From positions 29,324 to 93,323 of the forward strand of contig CAWAWP010000003.1 of NCBI GenBank assembly GCA_963785845.1: a stretch of DNA of 64,000 nt, read 5' to 3'. Origin of the DNA: an uncultured Chloroflexia bacterium. Its GTDB lineage: Bacteria > Chloroflexota > Ktedonobacteria > Ktedonobacterales > JADMIN01. This document shows, piece after piece, positions 27,741 through 36,416 of this stretch. Numbering within the stretch: position 1 is the first letter of the stretch; each line of letters begins with the position of its first letter. Position numbers and translations under genes: made by a program. Under the pieces are notes generated by a model, which saw only the letters and a list, made by a program, of their open reading frames with translations, had not been told where the DNA came from and did not search any database.

Positions 27741-28418
27741 ATGGCACAGCGATCACAACAAGCACGGCAATCTCCCCGCGGCGCATCCACTCGCGTGGCA
27801 AGCCGCGACGCGCTTCTGCGCGCCAAAATGGAGTTGGTGGCCGCAAGCGAGCGAGGCGACTCCAACGCATTGAGCTCCATACTCGCCACCCATCCACGGC
27901 AAGTCGGCGAGTTGACCGAGTTCCGCGCCGCGTTGCTGGCGACCAGCAGTTATGAGCACGAGGCGCCGACACCCGAGGTCGACTCGTTGGCCGAGCGGGC
28001 GCTGGCGCGTGCGTTCGCGGTCGTCTTCCCAGAGCGCGTCGCGGTGCCCTCGGTGCCGGTCGCCGTGGCGGCAGCCTCGCTGCAAGCGCTGCGCAAAGCG
28101 CGCAGCCTCACGCCACGCGCGCTGGCGAACAAGCTCGGGCTAGGAATCGACGTGCTCACCAATCTGGAACGCGGCTTCATCAAAGCCGCCACGGTGCCGG
28201 AGCGGCTGATCCGGGCGCTAGGTGACGCGCTCGACACCTCCGCGGATCAGATCCACACCATCTTGCGCGCGCAAGCGATGACGCTCCCGGCAATGTTGCG
28301 CAGCACCGAGGGCCAGAGCACGCACGCCGAACCGCATCCCGAACTGGACTTCGAGCGCGCCGTGTCGCTTAGCCCCAACATGACCGCCGAGCAGAAGGCC
28401 GACTGGCTGGAGCGGTAA
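27741..28418 (+). CDS. XRE-type helix-turn-helix domain protein
   Basis: 'LQALRKARSLTPRALANKLGLGIDVLTNLERG'. Strong RBS GAAGGTGAGGAGA before ATG 27741, 30 nt after the sigma-like gene. Confidence 0.6.
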   Translation: MAQRSQQARQSPRGASTRVASRDALLRAKMELVAASERGDSNALSSILATHPRQVGELTEFRAALLATSSYEHEAPTPEVDSLAERALARAFAVVFPERVAVPSVPVAVAAASLQALRKARSLTPRALANKLGLGIDVLTNLERGFIKAATVPERLIRALGDALDTSADQIHTILRAQAMTLPAMLRSTEGQSTHAEPHPELDFERAVSLSPNMTAEQKADWLER

Positions 28419-28422
28419 ACCT

Positions 28423-29025
28423 ATGGGTGATCCGTCCGTCGCCAAGCTCCTCCGCATCACCACGCTGATGGCCGGCTTCCCAGCTCGCTGGTACGTCGCC
28501 GGCGGCTGGGCGCTCGATCTCCATCTCGGTTGCGTGACCCGCCCGCACGCCGACATCGACATAGCGATTTTTCGCGCGGATCAGGCCGCATTGCGCGCCC
28601 ATCTGGAGGGCTGGGTCTGGATGAAGGCGATTCCAGGCGAGCGCGGCAGGCTTGAGCCGTGGCTCCCCGGCGAGGAGCTCAGCCTCCCGCTGCACGAGCT
28701 CCACGCGCACAAAGCGGCAGAAACGGCAAACGCCCCAACGCTCGCAGCCGAGTTCCTGCTCAACGAATCCGACGGCATCCACTGGATTTTTCGACGCGAT
28801 CCGCGCATTACCCGCCCGCTTGAGCTCACCGGGCGGCGCTCCCGACAGGGCCTCCCGATCCTCGCCCCAGAAGTGGTGCTGCTCTACAAAGCGCCGCGCC
28901 TCTCGCCCGACGATGATCGTGACTTCCACACAGTGATCCCCGCGCTCGACGTTGAAGCGCGGCAATGGCTCCGGAGCGCGCTCAGCATCTATCAGCCCGC
29001 GCATGAGTGGATCGCCGCACTCTAA
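28423..29025 (+). CDS. Nucleotidyltransferase, aminoglycoside 2''-adenylyltransferase-like fold family
   Basis: 'RWYVAGGWALDLHLGCVTRPHADIDIAIF' parallels the 'GGGWAID..G..TR.H.DIDL' core of ANT(2'')-Ia as I recall it. Only a 4-nt gap to the upstream gene. Confidence 0.75.
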   Translation: MGDPSVAKLLRITTLMAGFPARWYVAGGWALDLHLGCVTRPHADIDIAIFRADQAALRAHLEGWVWMKAIPGERGRLEPWLPGEELSLPLHELHAHKAAETANAPTLAAEFLLNESDGIHWIFRRDPRITRPLELTGRRSRQGLPILAPEVVLLYKAPRLSPDDDRDFHTVIPALDVEARQWLRSALSIYQPAHEWIAAL

Positions 29026-29032
29026 CGACGTG

Positions 29033-29056
29033 CAAAAGCGGAAGGAAACGGAAATT
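29033..29056 (+). repeat. Copy A of 24-nt purine-rich motif CAAAAGCGGAAGGAAACGGAAATT
   Basis: 22/24 identical to 47575-47598 on the same strand. Flanking similarity ACG(A)TG extends it to about 30 nt. Confidence 0.8.
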
Positions 29057-30035
29057 GCAAGAAGGCTGGGAGCGCCGTTTGCCCCTTGTCACGCTCGATG
29101 CGCGGGCGCTCGCCACACGGATCGCCGCCGCATTTCCCCATGAGCGCATCACCCAGACCGAGCTCCTCTCCGGCGGCCTGGCAAACACCAACTATAAGGT
29201 GACGCTCGCCGGGCGCGACCAGCCCGTGGTGCTGCGGCTCTATACCCGCGATCCGGGCGCCTGCCTCCGCGAAGTCGCGCTGCACCGCCTCGTCCGCGAT
29301 CGCCTCTCAGTGCCCGACGTCCTCTACGCCGACACCGCCGCCAATCCGCCCTTCGCCGTGACGACGTGGATCGTGGGCGACAAGCTCGACGCTCTACTGC
29401 TCCAGGGTAATGATGAGGCCATCACCTCGGCGGCGCTGGCCGTCGGCACGGCGCTGGCCGCGCTCGGCGACTTCCGCTTTCCTCGCGCCGGATTCTTCGG
29501 CCCCTATCTCAGCATCGCCGAGCCGCTCGTCTCCGGCATGCGCGAGACGTGTCTCCGCTACGTCGAAGAGGCGCTCTTCACTCGCGGCGCAGCCGCACGC
29601 CTGGGAGCGTCGCGCGCACAGCATACCTGGGCGCTCCTGCGCGACAACGCCTCCCTGCTCGACGCGGCAGACGGTGACCCGCAGCTCGTCCATGGCGACT
29701 ACAAGGCGCAAAACCTGCTGGTGCGGCCCGCCTCGTCAGGATGGGAGTTGGCCGCCGCGCTCGACTGGGAGTTCGCCTTCGCCGCCACGCCGCTCTTTGA
29801 CTTGGCGATCCTTCTGCGCTACGCCGAGCGGCTGCCATCGGCGTTCGCCGCTGGCGTCATCGCGGGCTACACCGGGGCAGGGCGCGCGTTACCCGCCGAA
29901 TGGCGGCGCATCGCCAAACTGCTCGACCTGATGAACCTCTGCGACTTCGCCGCCCGCGCCGAGCCGCAAGGCGCGACACTCGCTGACGTAGCGAGCCTCC
30001 TCGACGCGACATACGCCGCATGGCCCGCGCTGTGA
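29055..30035 (+). CDS. Aminoglycoside/choline-kinase-fold phosphotransferase (APH family)
   Basis: 'LLSGGLANTNYKV', 'LVHGDYKAQNLLV' (HGDxxxxN), 'LDWEFAFAATPLFDLA'. ORF 29007..30035. I prefer TTG 29055, just after the GGAAGGAAACGGAAA purine tract; GTG 29007 would overlap the NTase gene by 19 nt. Confidence 0.8.
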   Translation: MQEGWERRLPLVTLDARALATRIAAAFPHERITQTELLSGGLANTNYKVTLAGRDQPVVLRLYTRDPGACLREVALHRLVRDRLSVPDVLYADTAANPPFAVTTWIVGDKLDALLLQGNDEAITSAALAVGTALAALGDFRFPRAGFFGPYLSIAEPLVSGMRETCLRYVEEALFTRGAAARLGASRAQHTWALLRDNASLLDAADGDPQLVHGDYKAQNLLVRPASSGWELAAALDWEFAFAATPLFDLAILLRYAERLPSAFAAGVIAGYTGAGRALPAEWRRIAKLLDLMNLCDFAARAEPQGATLADVASLLDATYAAWPAL

Positions 30036-30059
30036 CACCTCCGCCGACGCCCACCCGGC

Positions 30060-30629
30060 CTACGGCCGCGCGCGTGTGGACTCCAACTCAGGCACGACGC
30101 GCGGAAACGGACTGGAGAACTCGGAGGCCAGACAATCCATATAGATCGTGTCGTACCAGGTACCGCCGACCCTCCATGACTCGCGGCGACGGCCAAACTC
30201 CTTGAATCCCGCGCGCAGATACGCCCCCACAGCACGCTCGTTGTAAGACGACGTCCACAACATGACGTTATGCAGCCCAAGCACGCTGAAGGCATAGTCC
30301 AGCATCAGCGTCGTTGCCTCGGTGCCAAATCCCTTGCCCCAATACGCCTTCTCGCCAAGCGAGATGCCGAACTCGGCGAGGCCCTGCATCGGCCAGATAT
30401 TGCGCAGCACCACATCGCCGATCGGCTTCAGCGTGGCGAGATCGTAGATGATGAATCCCACCCGATCGCGCCGTTCGCCCTTGAGATCCTCCTCCATATG
30501 CGCGGTAATCGCTTCCAACGACTGCGGGCGCATTGGCGAGCCCGAGTACAGCCCAACCGAAAAGTCATTCTCCCAGCGCGCGAAGATCGCCAAATGCTCG
30601 CGCGTCAGCGGGCCTAGCCCCACCTTCAC
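30060..30629 (-). CDS. GNAT-family N-acetyltransferase (RimJ/RimL-like)
   Basis: 'YWGKGFGTEATTLMLDYAF' and 'IFARWENDFSV'. GTG start at 30629. Convergent with the kinase gene, 24-nt gap. Confidence 0.85.
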   Translation of the reverse strand: MKVGLGPLTREHLAIFARWENDFSVGLYSGSPMRPQSLEAITAHMEEDLKGERRDRVGFIIYDLATLKPIGDVVLRNIWPMQGLAEFGISLGEKAYWGKGFGTEATTLMLDYAFSVLGLHNVMLWTSSYNERAVGAYLRAGFKEFGRRRESWRVGGTWYDTIYMDCLASEFSSPFPRVVPELESTRARP

Positions 30630-30728
30630 GCCACGAATATTGATCAGCGGCTCAGCGTTCCCCTCCTGCGCGGGCGTCGCACGGTCGTCGCTGTCGGGTA
30701 TCGTTGCGGGGCATGGCCTAACTCACTT

Positions 30729-30920
30729 TCAGCGGTACTTCTTGAGAAGGTAAAACAAGGAAGGATGTGAAAGATTGTACTCAGCGGGCTTCGACATGCC
30801 GCGCATCAGTGTATGCCACGCGCTGGCATGTTGCCGCCAGAAATCTGGCGTGTTCGCCGCGCTACCCATGAATTCGAGAGATGGCTCGCTAGTTGTACGC
30901 TCCAGACGGCTCACGTCCAC
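30729..30920 (-). CDS. Orphan small ORF (63 aa), hypothetical
   Basis: The only ORF in a lower-GC 520-bp gap. 'ANTPDFWRQHASAWHTLMRGMSKPAEYNLSHPSLFYLLKKYR' is not Arg/Ala/Pro-biased, unlike the spurious ORFs. No RBS or family recognised. Confidence 0.25.
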   Translation of the reverse strand: MDVSRLERTTSEPSLEFMGSAANTPDFWRQHASAWHTLMRGMSKPAEYNLSHPSLFYLLKKYR

Positions 30921-31148
30921 GGCAACATTCGGCTCATGTTGGAGCAGATCATGAATCTACAGCGAGCCCGACAAACTATTCCTCGGATAGCGCTATGTTA
31001 GCCCGACCGGATACTGCCTCGCCCGTGCGGGCTGGGTGGCGAGCGTGCCGTTCTCGATGCTAGCGTTCAGTATCACGCATTTGCCGTTTGCCGGGCCAAT
31101 CATCGTTTTCGTAGTTCGCATGCCACGGAAACCTGTCAGGGGTTGGTA

Positions 31149-32417
31149 TCACATCAGCACGAGCATCAGCGGGGCGGCGGCGGTGACGGCCACCAGCGTG
31201 GCATAGGAGGCACGGAGCTGCGGACGTGGTAGGCCGGCCACCACCAGGATCCCCAGCACGATCGGCAGCGCGGCGAGGCGGCTCGGCGTCCACATATCTC
31301 GCCAGAGGATCGTGGAGGTCAGGCTTAGGAGCAGCGTGTAGGCGAGGATGAAAAGCGGCACCGGATCGCTTAGCAAGCCTTGCCAGCCGGCGACTCTATG
31401 GGCATGCCACAGCGTGAGCAGCGAGGCGCCACAGGCGACGAGCAGCGGAGCCACGACGAAGGCGAGCATCATGCCACTCTGGATCTGGAAGCCGTTCTCG
31501 AAGAGGCCATGGAAGGGGAGTGGCACGATGCCGTTGCCGACGCCCGCGCCCTGGGTGTCGCCGCTCGCCAGCGCCCACCGGCCCCAGATGACGCGCAGCG
31601 CGACTTGCAGCGCCACGAACGGCCCGAAGCCGATCACCAGCGCCGCCGCGAGCGTGCGCCAGCGCCTCAACGCCAGCAGCGGTAGGTAGAGCAGCGGGAT
31701 CGTCAGGATCAACTGCTCGCGCGTGAGCAGCGCCGCCGCCACCGCCAGCGCGAAGGCGAGGTAGCGCCCCTTGCGCAGCAGGTAGACCGCGAGTACCACC
31801 CAGAGCACGGCGAAGGGGTCGGCCAGGTCGCGCAGGAAGCCCTGTATCTCGCCGGTGTAGAGCGCGGCGACGCCTCCCAGCCAGCGCGACGCCCCGGCCT
31901 CGACGCTCATCTGCCCCACCAGCCATGCTGTGATCACGATGGCAGTGAAGTTGACGAGCAGCAGAGTGAATGGCACCCAGTCCGCGTGCCCGAGCGTCAG
32001 CAGGCCGGCGGTGTATGGGTAGAGCAGGCGCTCGGCGCGCACGATGCCGAACGCGTCGTCGAGCGCGCAGTTGGGGGGGCGCGTGGCGCAGATGAAGGGC
32101 TGTTTGGGGTCCAGCGCGATGAAATAGAAGAACTGGCCGTCGAAGCCGACCGGATTCTTGTTCACCACCAGCCCTTGCAGGCCGAGATGCGTGCCGGAGA
32201 TCGTGCCGATGTCGGCAAAGGCCGCGATGCGGCGATAGAGCGCCCCGGCCTCGTAATAGCGCTGTTCGAGGTAGTAGACGCGCGCCGTCACCAGTAGCCC
32301 CACCGCTACGATGACGAGCGGCGCCAACGGTGCCAGACGCAGCGCCACCGCCCGCGCAAGCCGCGTCGCCCCTGCGGCGCGCTTCCCCGCCTCGTGCGCC
32401 ATCTCCGCGGTGAGCAT
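31149..32417 (-). CDS. Polytopic membrane protein, paralog 1 (putative GT-C-like glycopolymer/glycosyltransferase family, unverified)
   Basis: At least 9 hydrophobic segments. Shares blocks 'DGQFFYF', 'RLLYPYTAGLL', 'VEAGASRWL', 'LRDLADPFAV', 'AAALLTREQL' with 33756..35012. Start trimmed to ATG 32417 (MLTAEM) after GGGGGA. Confidence 0.8.
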   Translation of the reverse strand: MLTAEMAHEAGKRAAGATRLARAVALRLAPLAPLVIVAVGLLVTARVYYLEQRYYEAGALYRRIAAFADIGTISGTHLGLQGLVVNKNPVGFDGQFFYFIALDPKQPFICATRPPNCALDDAFGIVRAERLLYPYTAGLLTLGHADWVPFTLLLVNFTAIVITAWLVGQMSVEAGASRWLGGVAALYTGEIQGFLRDLADPFAVLWVVLAVYLLRKGRYLAFALAVAAALLTREQLILTIPLLYLPLLALRRWRTLAAALVIGFGPFVALQVALRVIWGRWALASGDTQGAGVGNGIVPLPFHGLFENGFQIQSGMMLAFVVAPLLVACGASLLTLWHAHRVAGWQGLLSDPVPLFILAYTLLLSLTSTILWRDMWTPSRLAALPIVLGILVVAGLPRPQLRASYATLVAVTAAAPLMLVLM

Positions 32418-32799
32418 GCGGCAATCCCCCAATGGCTCACTAGCATGTGCGGCTCGGAGCAAGCAGTCCGCCGCAGAAAACGGGCGGACAAGTCCACTCG
32501 CCTTGCTTCTCTTCTCGCAGGGGGCGTACCAGGTACTCGTCCTCGTCGCGTCTCTGACGTGGATAGGGGCGTACCTCCACTTCCATGCGCTGACGGGCTG
32601 GCTCCAGTACATCCTGTAACCGGCGGCTCGTGAGCTACCAGCACGATGCTGAACATTGCAGCGCCGTGACGTCCAATTGGGGCGATGGATCGCTTGTTGT
32701 CGATTGCCGGAGGTTCATGCGAGAGTGCGATGGGGCACGCCTTCAACGCTGGCGATGAAGTTAGCGGTACGTCAGTTGAGTGGGAGGGACGAAGGACTC

Positions 32800-33762
32800 A
32801 TGACAAGCGCGAATCGGGACAGAGTGCCTATGGCGCCGCAGAGTGTGGACGCGCCGCTGTCAAGCGCGGCGGTGTTCCTGGTCGTCACAATCGCGGCGGG
32901 TGACGAGGCGATGGCGCGGGTGCGCGGCGTCATCGCGGAGATCGGCGGCCTCGTGCGAACGGTGGGCTTCCGCGATCTGGGCGCTCACCTCTCCTGCAAC
33001 GTCGGCATCGGCAGCGCGGCGTACGACCGGCTAGGGCTGGCGAAACGACCGGCGCGCCTGCACAAGTTCGTGGAGGTACGCGGGCCGGCGCACACTGCGG
33101 TGGCGACGCCAGGCGATCTGCTCTTCCACATTCGGGCCGAGCGGAGCGACATATGCTTCGAGTTGGAGAAGTTGCTGCTCAACGCGCTGGGCGACGACGT
33201 GACCGTCGTGGACGAGGTGCAGGGCTTTCGCTATTTCGACGCGCGCGACCTGTTGGGTTTCGTGGACGGCACCGAGAACCCAACCGGGATAGCCATGTAT
33301 GAGGCATCGGTTATCGGCGACGAAGATCCAGAGTTTGCGGGCGGCTCGTATGTCGTCGTGCAGAAGTATCTGCACAACCTGACGACATGGAACGCGCTCT
33401 CGGTGGCGGAGCAGGAGGCCATCATCGGGCGCACCAAGGCCGACAACGTCGAGCTCGACGAGGGCGAGCGGAAGTCGCACAAGGACCTCAACACTATCGT
33501 CGACGCGAACGGCGTCGAGCGGAAGATCCTGCGCGACAATATGCCGTTTGGGCGACCGGGGCAGGGCGAGTTCGGCACCTATTTCATCGGCTACTGTCGC
33601 GACCTGACCATCATCGAGCGTATGCTGCGCAACATGTTCTTCGGCGATCCGCTCGACAACTACGACCGCATCCTCGACTTCTCGACCGCCGTGACCGGCA
33701 CGGCGTTCTTCGTCCCCTCCGCCGCTATGCTCGAAGGGCTGGCCGCCGCTCCTGCTCAGTAG
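32800..33762 (+). CDS. Dye-decolorizing (DyP-type) peroxidase, YfeX/EfeB superfamily, no Tat signal
   Basis: 'FHIRAERSDICFE', 'DLLGFVDGTENPTG' (GxxDG), 'GEFGTYFIGY'. ATG 32800 preceded by GGGAGGGACGAAGGA. The stop overlaps the 3' end of the convergent gene by 7 nt. Confidence 0.92.
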   Translation: MTSANRDRVPMAPQSVDAPLSSAAVFLVVTIAAGDEAMARVRGVIAEIGGLVRTVGFRDLGAHLSCNVGIGSAAYDRLGLAKRPARLHKFVEVRGPAHTAVATPGDLLFHIRAERSDICFELEKLLLNALGDDVTVVDEVQGFRYFDARDLLGFVDGTENPTGIAMYEASVIGDEDPEFAGGSYVVVQKYLHNLTTWNALSVAEQEAIIGRTKADNVELDEGERKSHKDLNTIVDANGVERKILRDNMPFGRPGQGEFGTYFIGYCRDLTIIERMLRNMFFGDPLDNYDRILDFSTAVTGTAFFVPSAAMLEGLAAAPAQ

Positions 33763-35012
33763 AGCACGGGCACGATGACGAACATCGCCAGCGCGGTGGC
33801 GCCCAGCAGCGCGGCGTAGGTGTTGCGGACGCGCGGTGCGAGCGTTGCGGCGAGGATCAGCGCGAGGATCGCGGCGGGGGCGATCAGACGCGCCGAGGCC
33901 CAGGTGCCCTCCCACTCCGCATAAGCCGTCAGGCTGGCGAGCAGGCAGTAGAGCACGACGATGAGTGGCACCGGCTCGCGCAGCAGCGCGCGGAGGCCAT
34001 TGCGGCGCACCCAGAGCACGGCCACCAGCGCGGCGGCGAGCAACGGCACCACCACGAATACGATCGTTTGCGTGAACTCCTGCCCGCTGGGGTGCTCCAT
34101 CAGCGCCATAAACGGCCAGCGCAGACCGCGAGTCGTCTCCACGCTCCCGGTGAAGCCCCAGCGATGGTAGATCGCGAAGAGCGTCGACTGCCAGGCGACG
34201 AACGGGCCGAGCGCCGCCAGCAGGAACGTCGCCAGCGCTCCCCAGCGTCGCTGCGCCAGCCACGGCAAACCGAGCAGCGGCAACACCAGCACGAGTTGCT
34301 CGCGCGTCAGCACCGCCGCGGCCACCGCCAGCCCGGTCAGCAGCGGGCGGTTCTTGCGGAGCAGGTAGACAGCCAGCACCGCCCAGAAGACAGCAAAGGG
34401 ATCCGCGAGATCGCGCAGCAGTCCCTGCACCTCGCCGATGAAGACACCGGCGCCCACGGCGAGCCAGCGCGACGCACCCGCCTCCACGCACAGCATGCTC
34501 ACCAGCCAGACCGTCATCAGGATCGCGGCGAAGTCGATTAGAAAAAGCGCCACATGCAGCGCGGCGGGATTGCCACCCGTGAGCAGGCGTGCCGTCATCG
34601 GGTAAAGGATGCGCTCCTCGCGCAGCGGCGACGCATCGATCGCGCAGTGAGGCCCAGAAATCCGCGCGCAGCGCACGATGATGCCTGGGTCGCGCGCCAT
34701 ATAGTAGTAGAACTGTCCGTCGTAACCCGAATACGGGATCGCTTCGGCGCCGTCGCCGTTCAGCGTCGCCCAGTAGTAGCCGAGATCGTTGAACGCCAGC
34801 CAGATCGGCACCGCGGAGGCGCCATGTCCGCCCCAGCGTCGATCGCCAAAGTCAAAGCGCACATAGTAGACGGCGGCCAGCACGATCAGCAGCATACCCA
34901 CGACAACGGGAGCGGCGCTCGCCACTAGCACGCGGTGCCAGCTCCATCCCCGCCCGTTCCCCGTCTCTTCACGCAACCGAGAGCGCGGCGCCTGGCGACC
35001 CGCGATTCGCAT
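33756..35012 (-). CDS. Polytopic membrane protein, paralog 2
   Basis: Blocks 'DGQFYYY', 'RILYPMTARLL', 'VEAGASRWL', 'LRDLADPFAV', 'AAAVLTREQL' shared with 31149..32417. ATG 35012 (MRIAGRQ) sits 5 nt after GGGAGGAG. Confidence 0.8.
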   Translation of the reverse strand: MRIAGRQAPRSRLREETGNGRGWSWHRVLVASAAPVVVGMLLIVLAAVYYVRFDFGDRRWGGHGASAVPIWLAFNDLGYYWATLNGDGAEAIPYSGYDGQFYYYMARDPGIIVRCARISGPHCAIDASPLREERILYPMTARLLTGGNPAALHVALFLIDFAAILMTVWLVSMLCVEAGASRWLAVGAGVFIGEVQGLLRDLADPFAVFWAVLAVYLLRKNRPLLTGLAVAAAVLTREQLVLVLPLLGLPWLAQRRWGALATFLLAALGPFVAWQSTLFAIYHRWGFTGSVETTRGLRWPFMALMEHPSGQEFTQTIVFVVVPLLAAALVAVLWVRRNGLRALLREPVPLIVVLYCLLASLTAYAEWEGTWASARLIAPAAILALILAATLAPRVRNTYAALLGATALAMFVIVPVLY

Positions 35013-35150
35013 GCACACTCCTCCCACATTGCCCCTGCGACGTTTCCCCCGCCTTCGAGCAGTCAGGGACTCGCGTTCAGCACATCTCGTTCCACGTCCC
35101 CGCGCACCAGTCCACGAGAGCACCGGCTCCCCGCTGTCCGCGCCCTGTTG

Positions 35151-36416
35151 TCACGCCATGCTCTTCGCCAGCGTCTCGACAAACTCGTCGTTGCTGTTCG
35201 TCTTGCGTATCTGGCCCATCAGGCGGTCGAGCGTCTCGACACTGTCCTTGTCTTGCTCGGCAAGCGCGGCGAACATGCGGCGCAACGCCACCACCGCGCG
35301 CAGCGTCTTCTCGTCCAGCAGCAACTCCTCACGGCGCGTGCTCGAGCGCGTGACGTCGATCGCCGGGAAGATGCGGCGCTCCGAAAGCTTGCGGTCCAGC
35401 GTCAACTCCATATTGCCAGTGCCCTTGAACTCCTCGTAGATCACGTCGTCCATCCGGCTATTCGTATCCACCAACACCGTGGCGATAATCGTGAGACTGC
35501 CGCCCTCTTCGACGTTGCGCGCCCCACCGATAAAGCGTCGCGCCGGGTTAATCGCCGCGGGATCGAGTCCGCCGGAAAGTGTGCGCCCGCTCGGCGAGAT
35601 CGCCAGGTTGTAGGCGCGCGTCAGTCGGGTGATGCTATCCAGCAGAAGCACCACGTCGCGCCCCGCCTCCACCAGCCGCTTGGCGCGCTCCAGCGCCATT
35701 TCGGCGATATGTGTATGCGCCTCCGCCGGCTCGTCGAACGTCGAACTGAAGATCTCGGCCTTCACGCCGCGTCGCATGTCGGTCACTTCCTCGGGACGCT
35801 CGCCGATCAGCGCCATCATCAGCGTGGCATCGGGGTAGTTCGCCGTGATGGCGTTGGCGATCGCCTTCAGCAGCAGCGTCTTGCCAGCCTTCGGCGGCGC
35901 GACGATCAAGCCCCGCTGGCCGCGTCCGATCGGCGCGATCAGATCGATCAAGCGCGTAGAGAGGTTCTGCGCGCTGGTCTCCAGTCGATACATGCGGTCC
36001 GGGAAGACCGGCGTGAGGCTCTCAAAGTTGGGGCGGCGCTTCGCCGCTTCGGGGTCCATACCGTTCACCGCTTCGACGCGCAACAAGCTGAAGAACTTCT
36101 CCGTCTCCTTCGGTGGCCGCACCTGCCCCGAGACGCCGTCACCCGTGCGCAGGCCAAAGCGGCGGATCTGCGTCTGCGAGACGTAGACGTCCTTCGGGCC
36201 GGGCGTAAGGCGCTCGCCACGGAGAAATCCGAAGCCCTCCTCAACGATTTCAAGGATGCCGCCGCCGAAGAGTATGCCCTGCCGTTCGGTGTCGGATTGC
36301 AGCAGCGTGAAAATGAGCTCGTTCTTCTCAAGCGCGCTGTAGCCGGGGAGTTCAAGCTCGCGGGCGATCTCGCGCAGTTCAGTCAGCGATTTGGTTTCAA
36401 GTTCAGTGATATGCAT
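35151..36416 (-). CDS. rho: Transcription termination factor Rho
   Basis: 'LTELREIARELELPGYSALEKNELIFTLL' (Rho N-terminal), 'EGFGFLRGERL' (CSD-like RNA binding), Walker A 'LIVAPPKAGKT'. Start trimmed to ATG 36416 (MHITELE). Confidence 0.97.
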   Translation of the reverse strand: MHITELETKSLTELREIARELELPGYSALEKNELIFTLLQSDTERQGILFGGGILEIVEEGFGFLRGERLTPGPKDVYVSQTQIRRFGLRTGDGVSGQVRPPKETEKFFSLLRVEAVNGMDPEAAKRRPNFESLTPVFPDRMYRLETSAQNLSTRLIDLIAPIGRGQRGLIVAPPKAGKTLLLKAIANAITANYPDATLMMALIGERPEEVTDMRRGVKAEIFSSTFDEPAEAHTHIAEMALERAKRLVEAGRDVVLLLDSITRLTRAYNLAISPSGRTLSGGLDPAAINPARRFIGGARNVEEGGSLTIIATVLVDTNSRMDDVIYEEFKGTGNMELTLDRKLSERRIFPAIDVTRSSTRREELLLDEKTLRAVVALRRMFAALAEQDKDSVETLDRLMGQIRKTNSNDEFVETLAKSMA

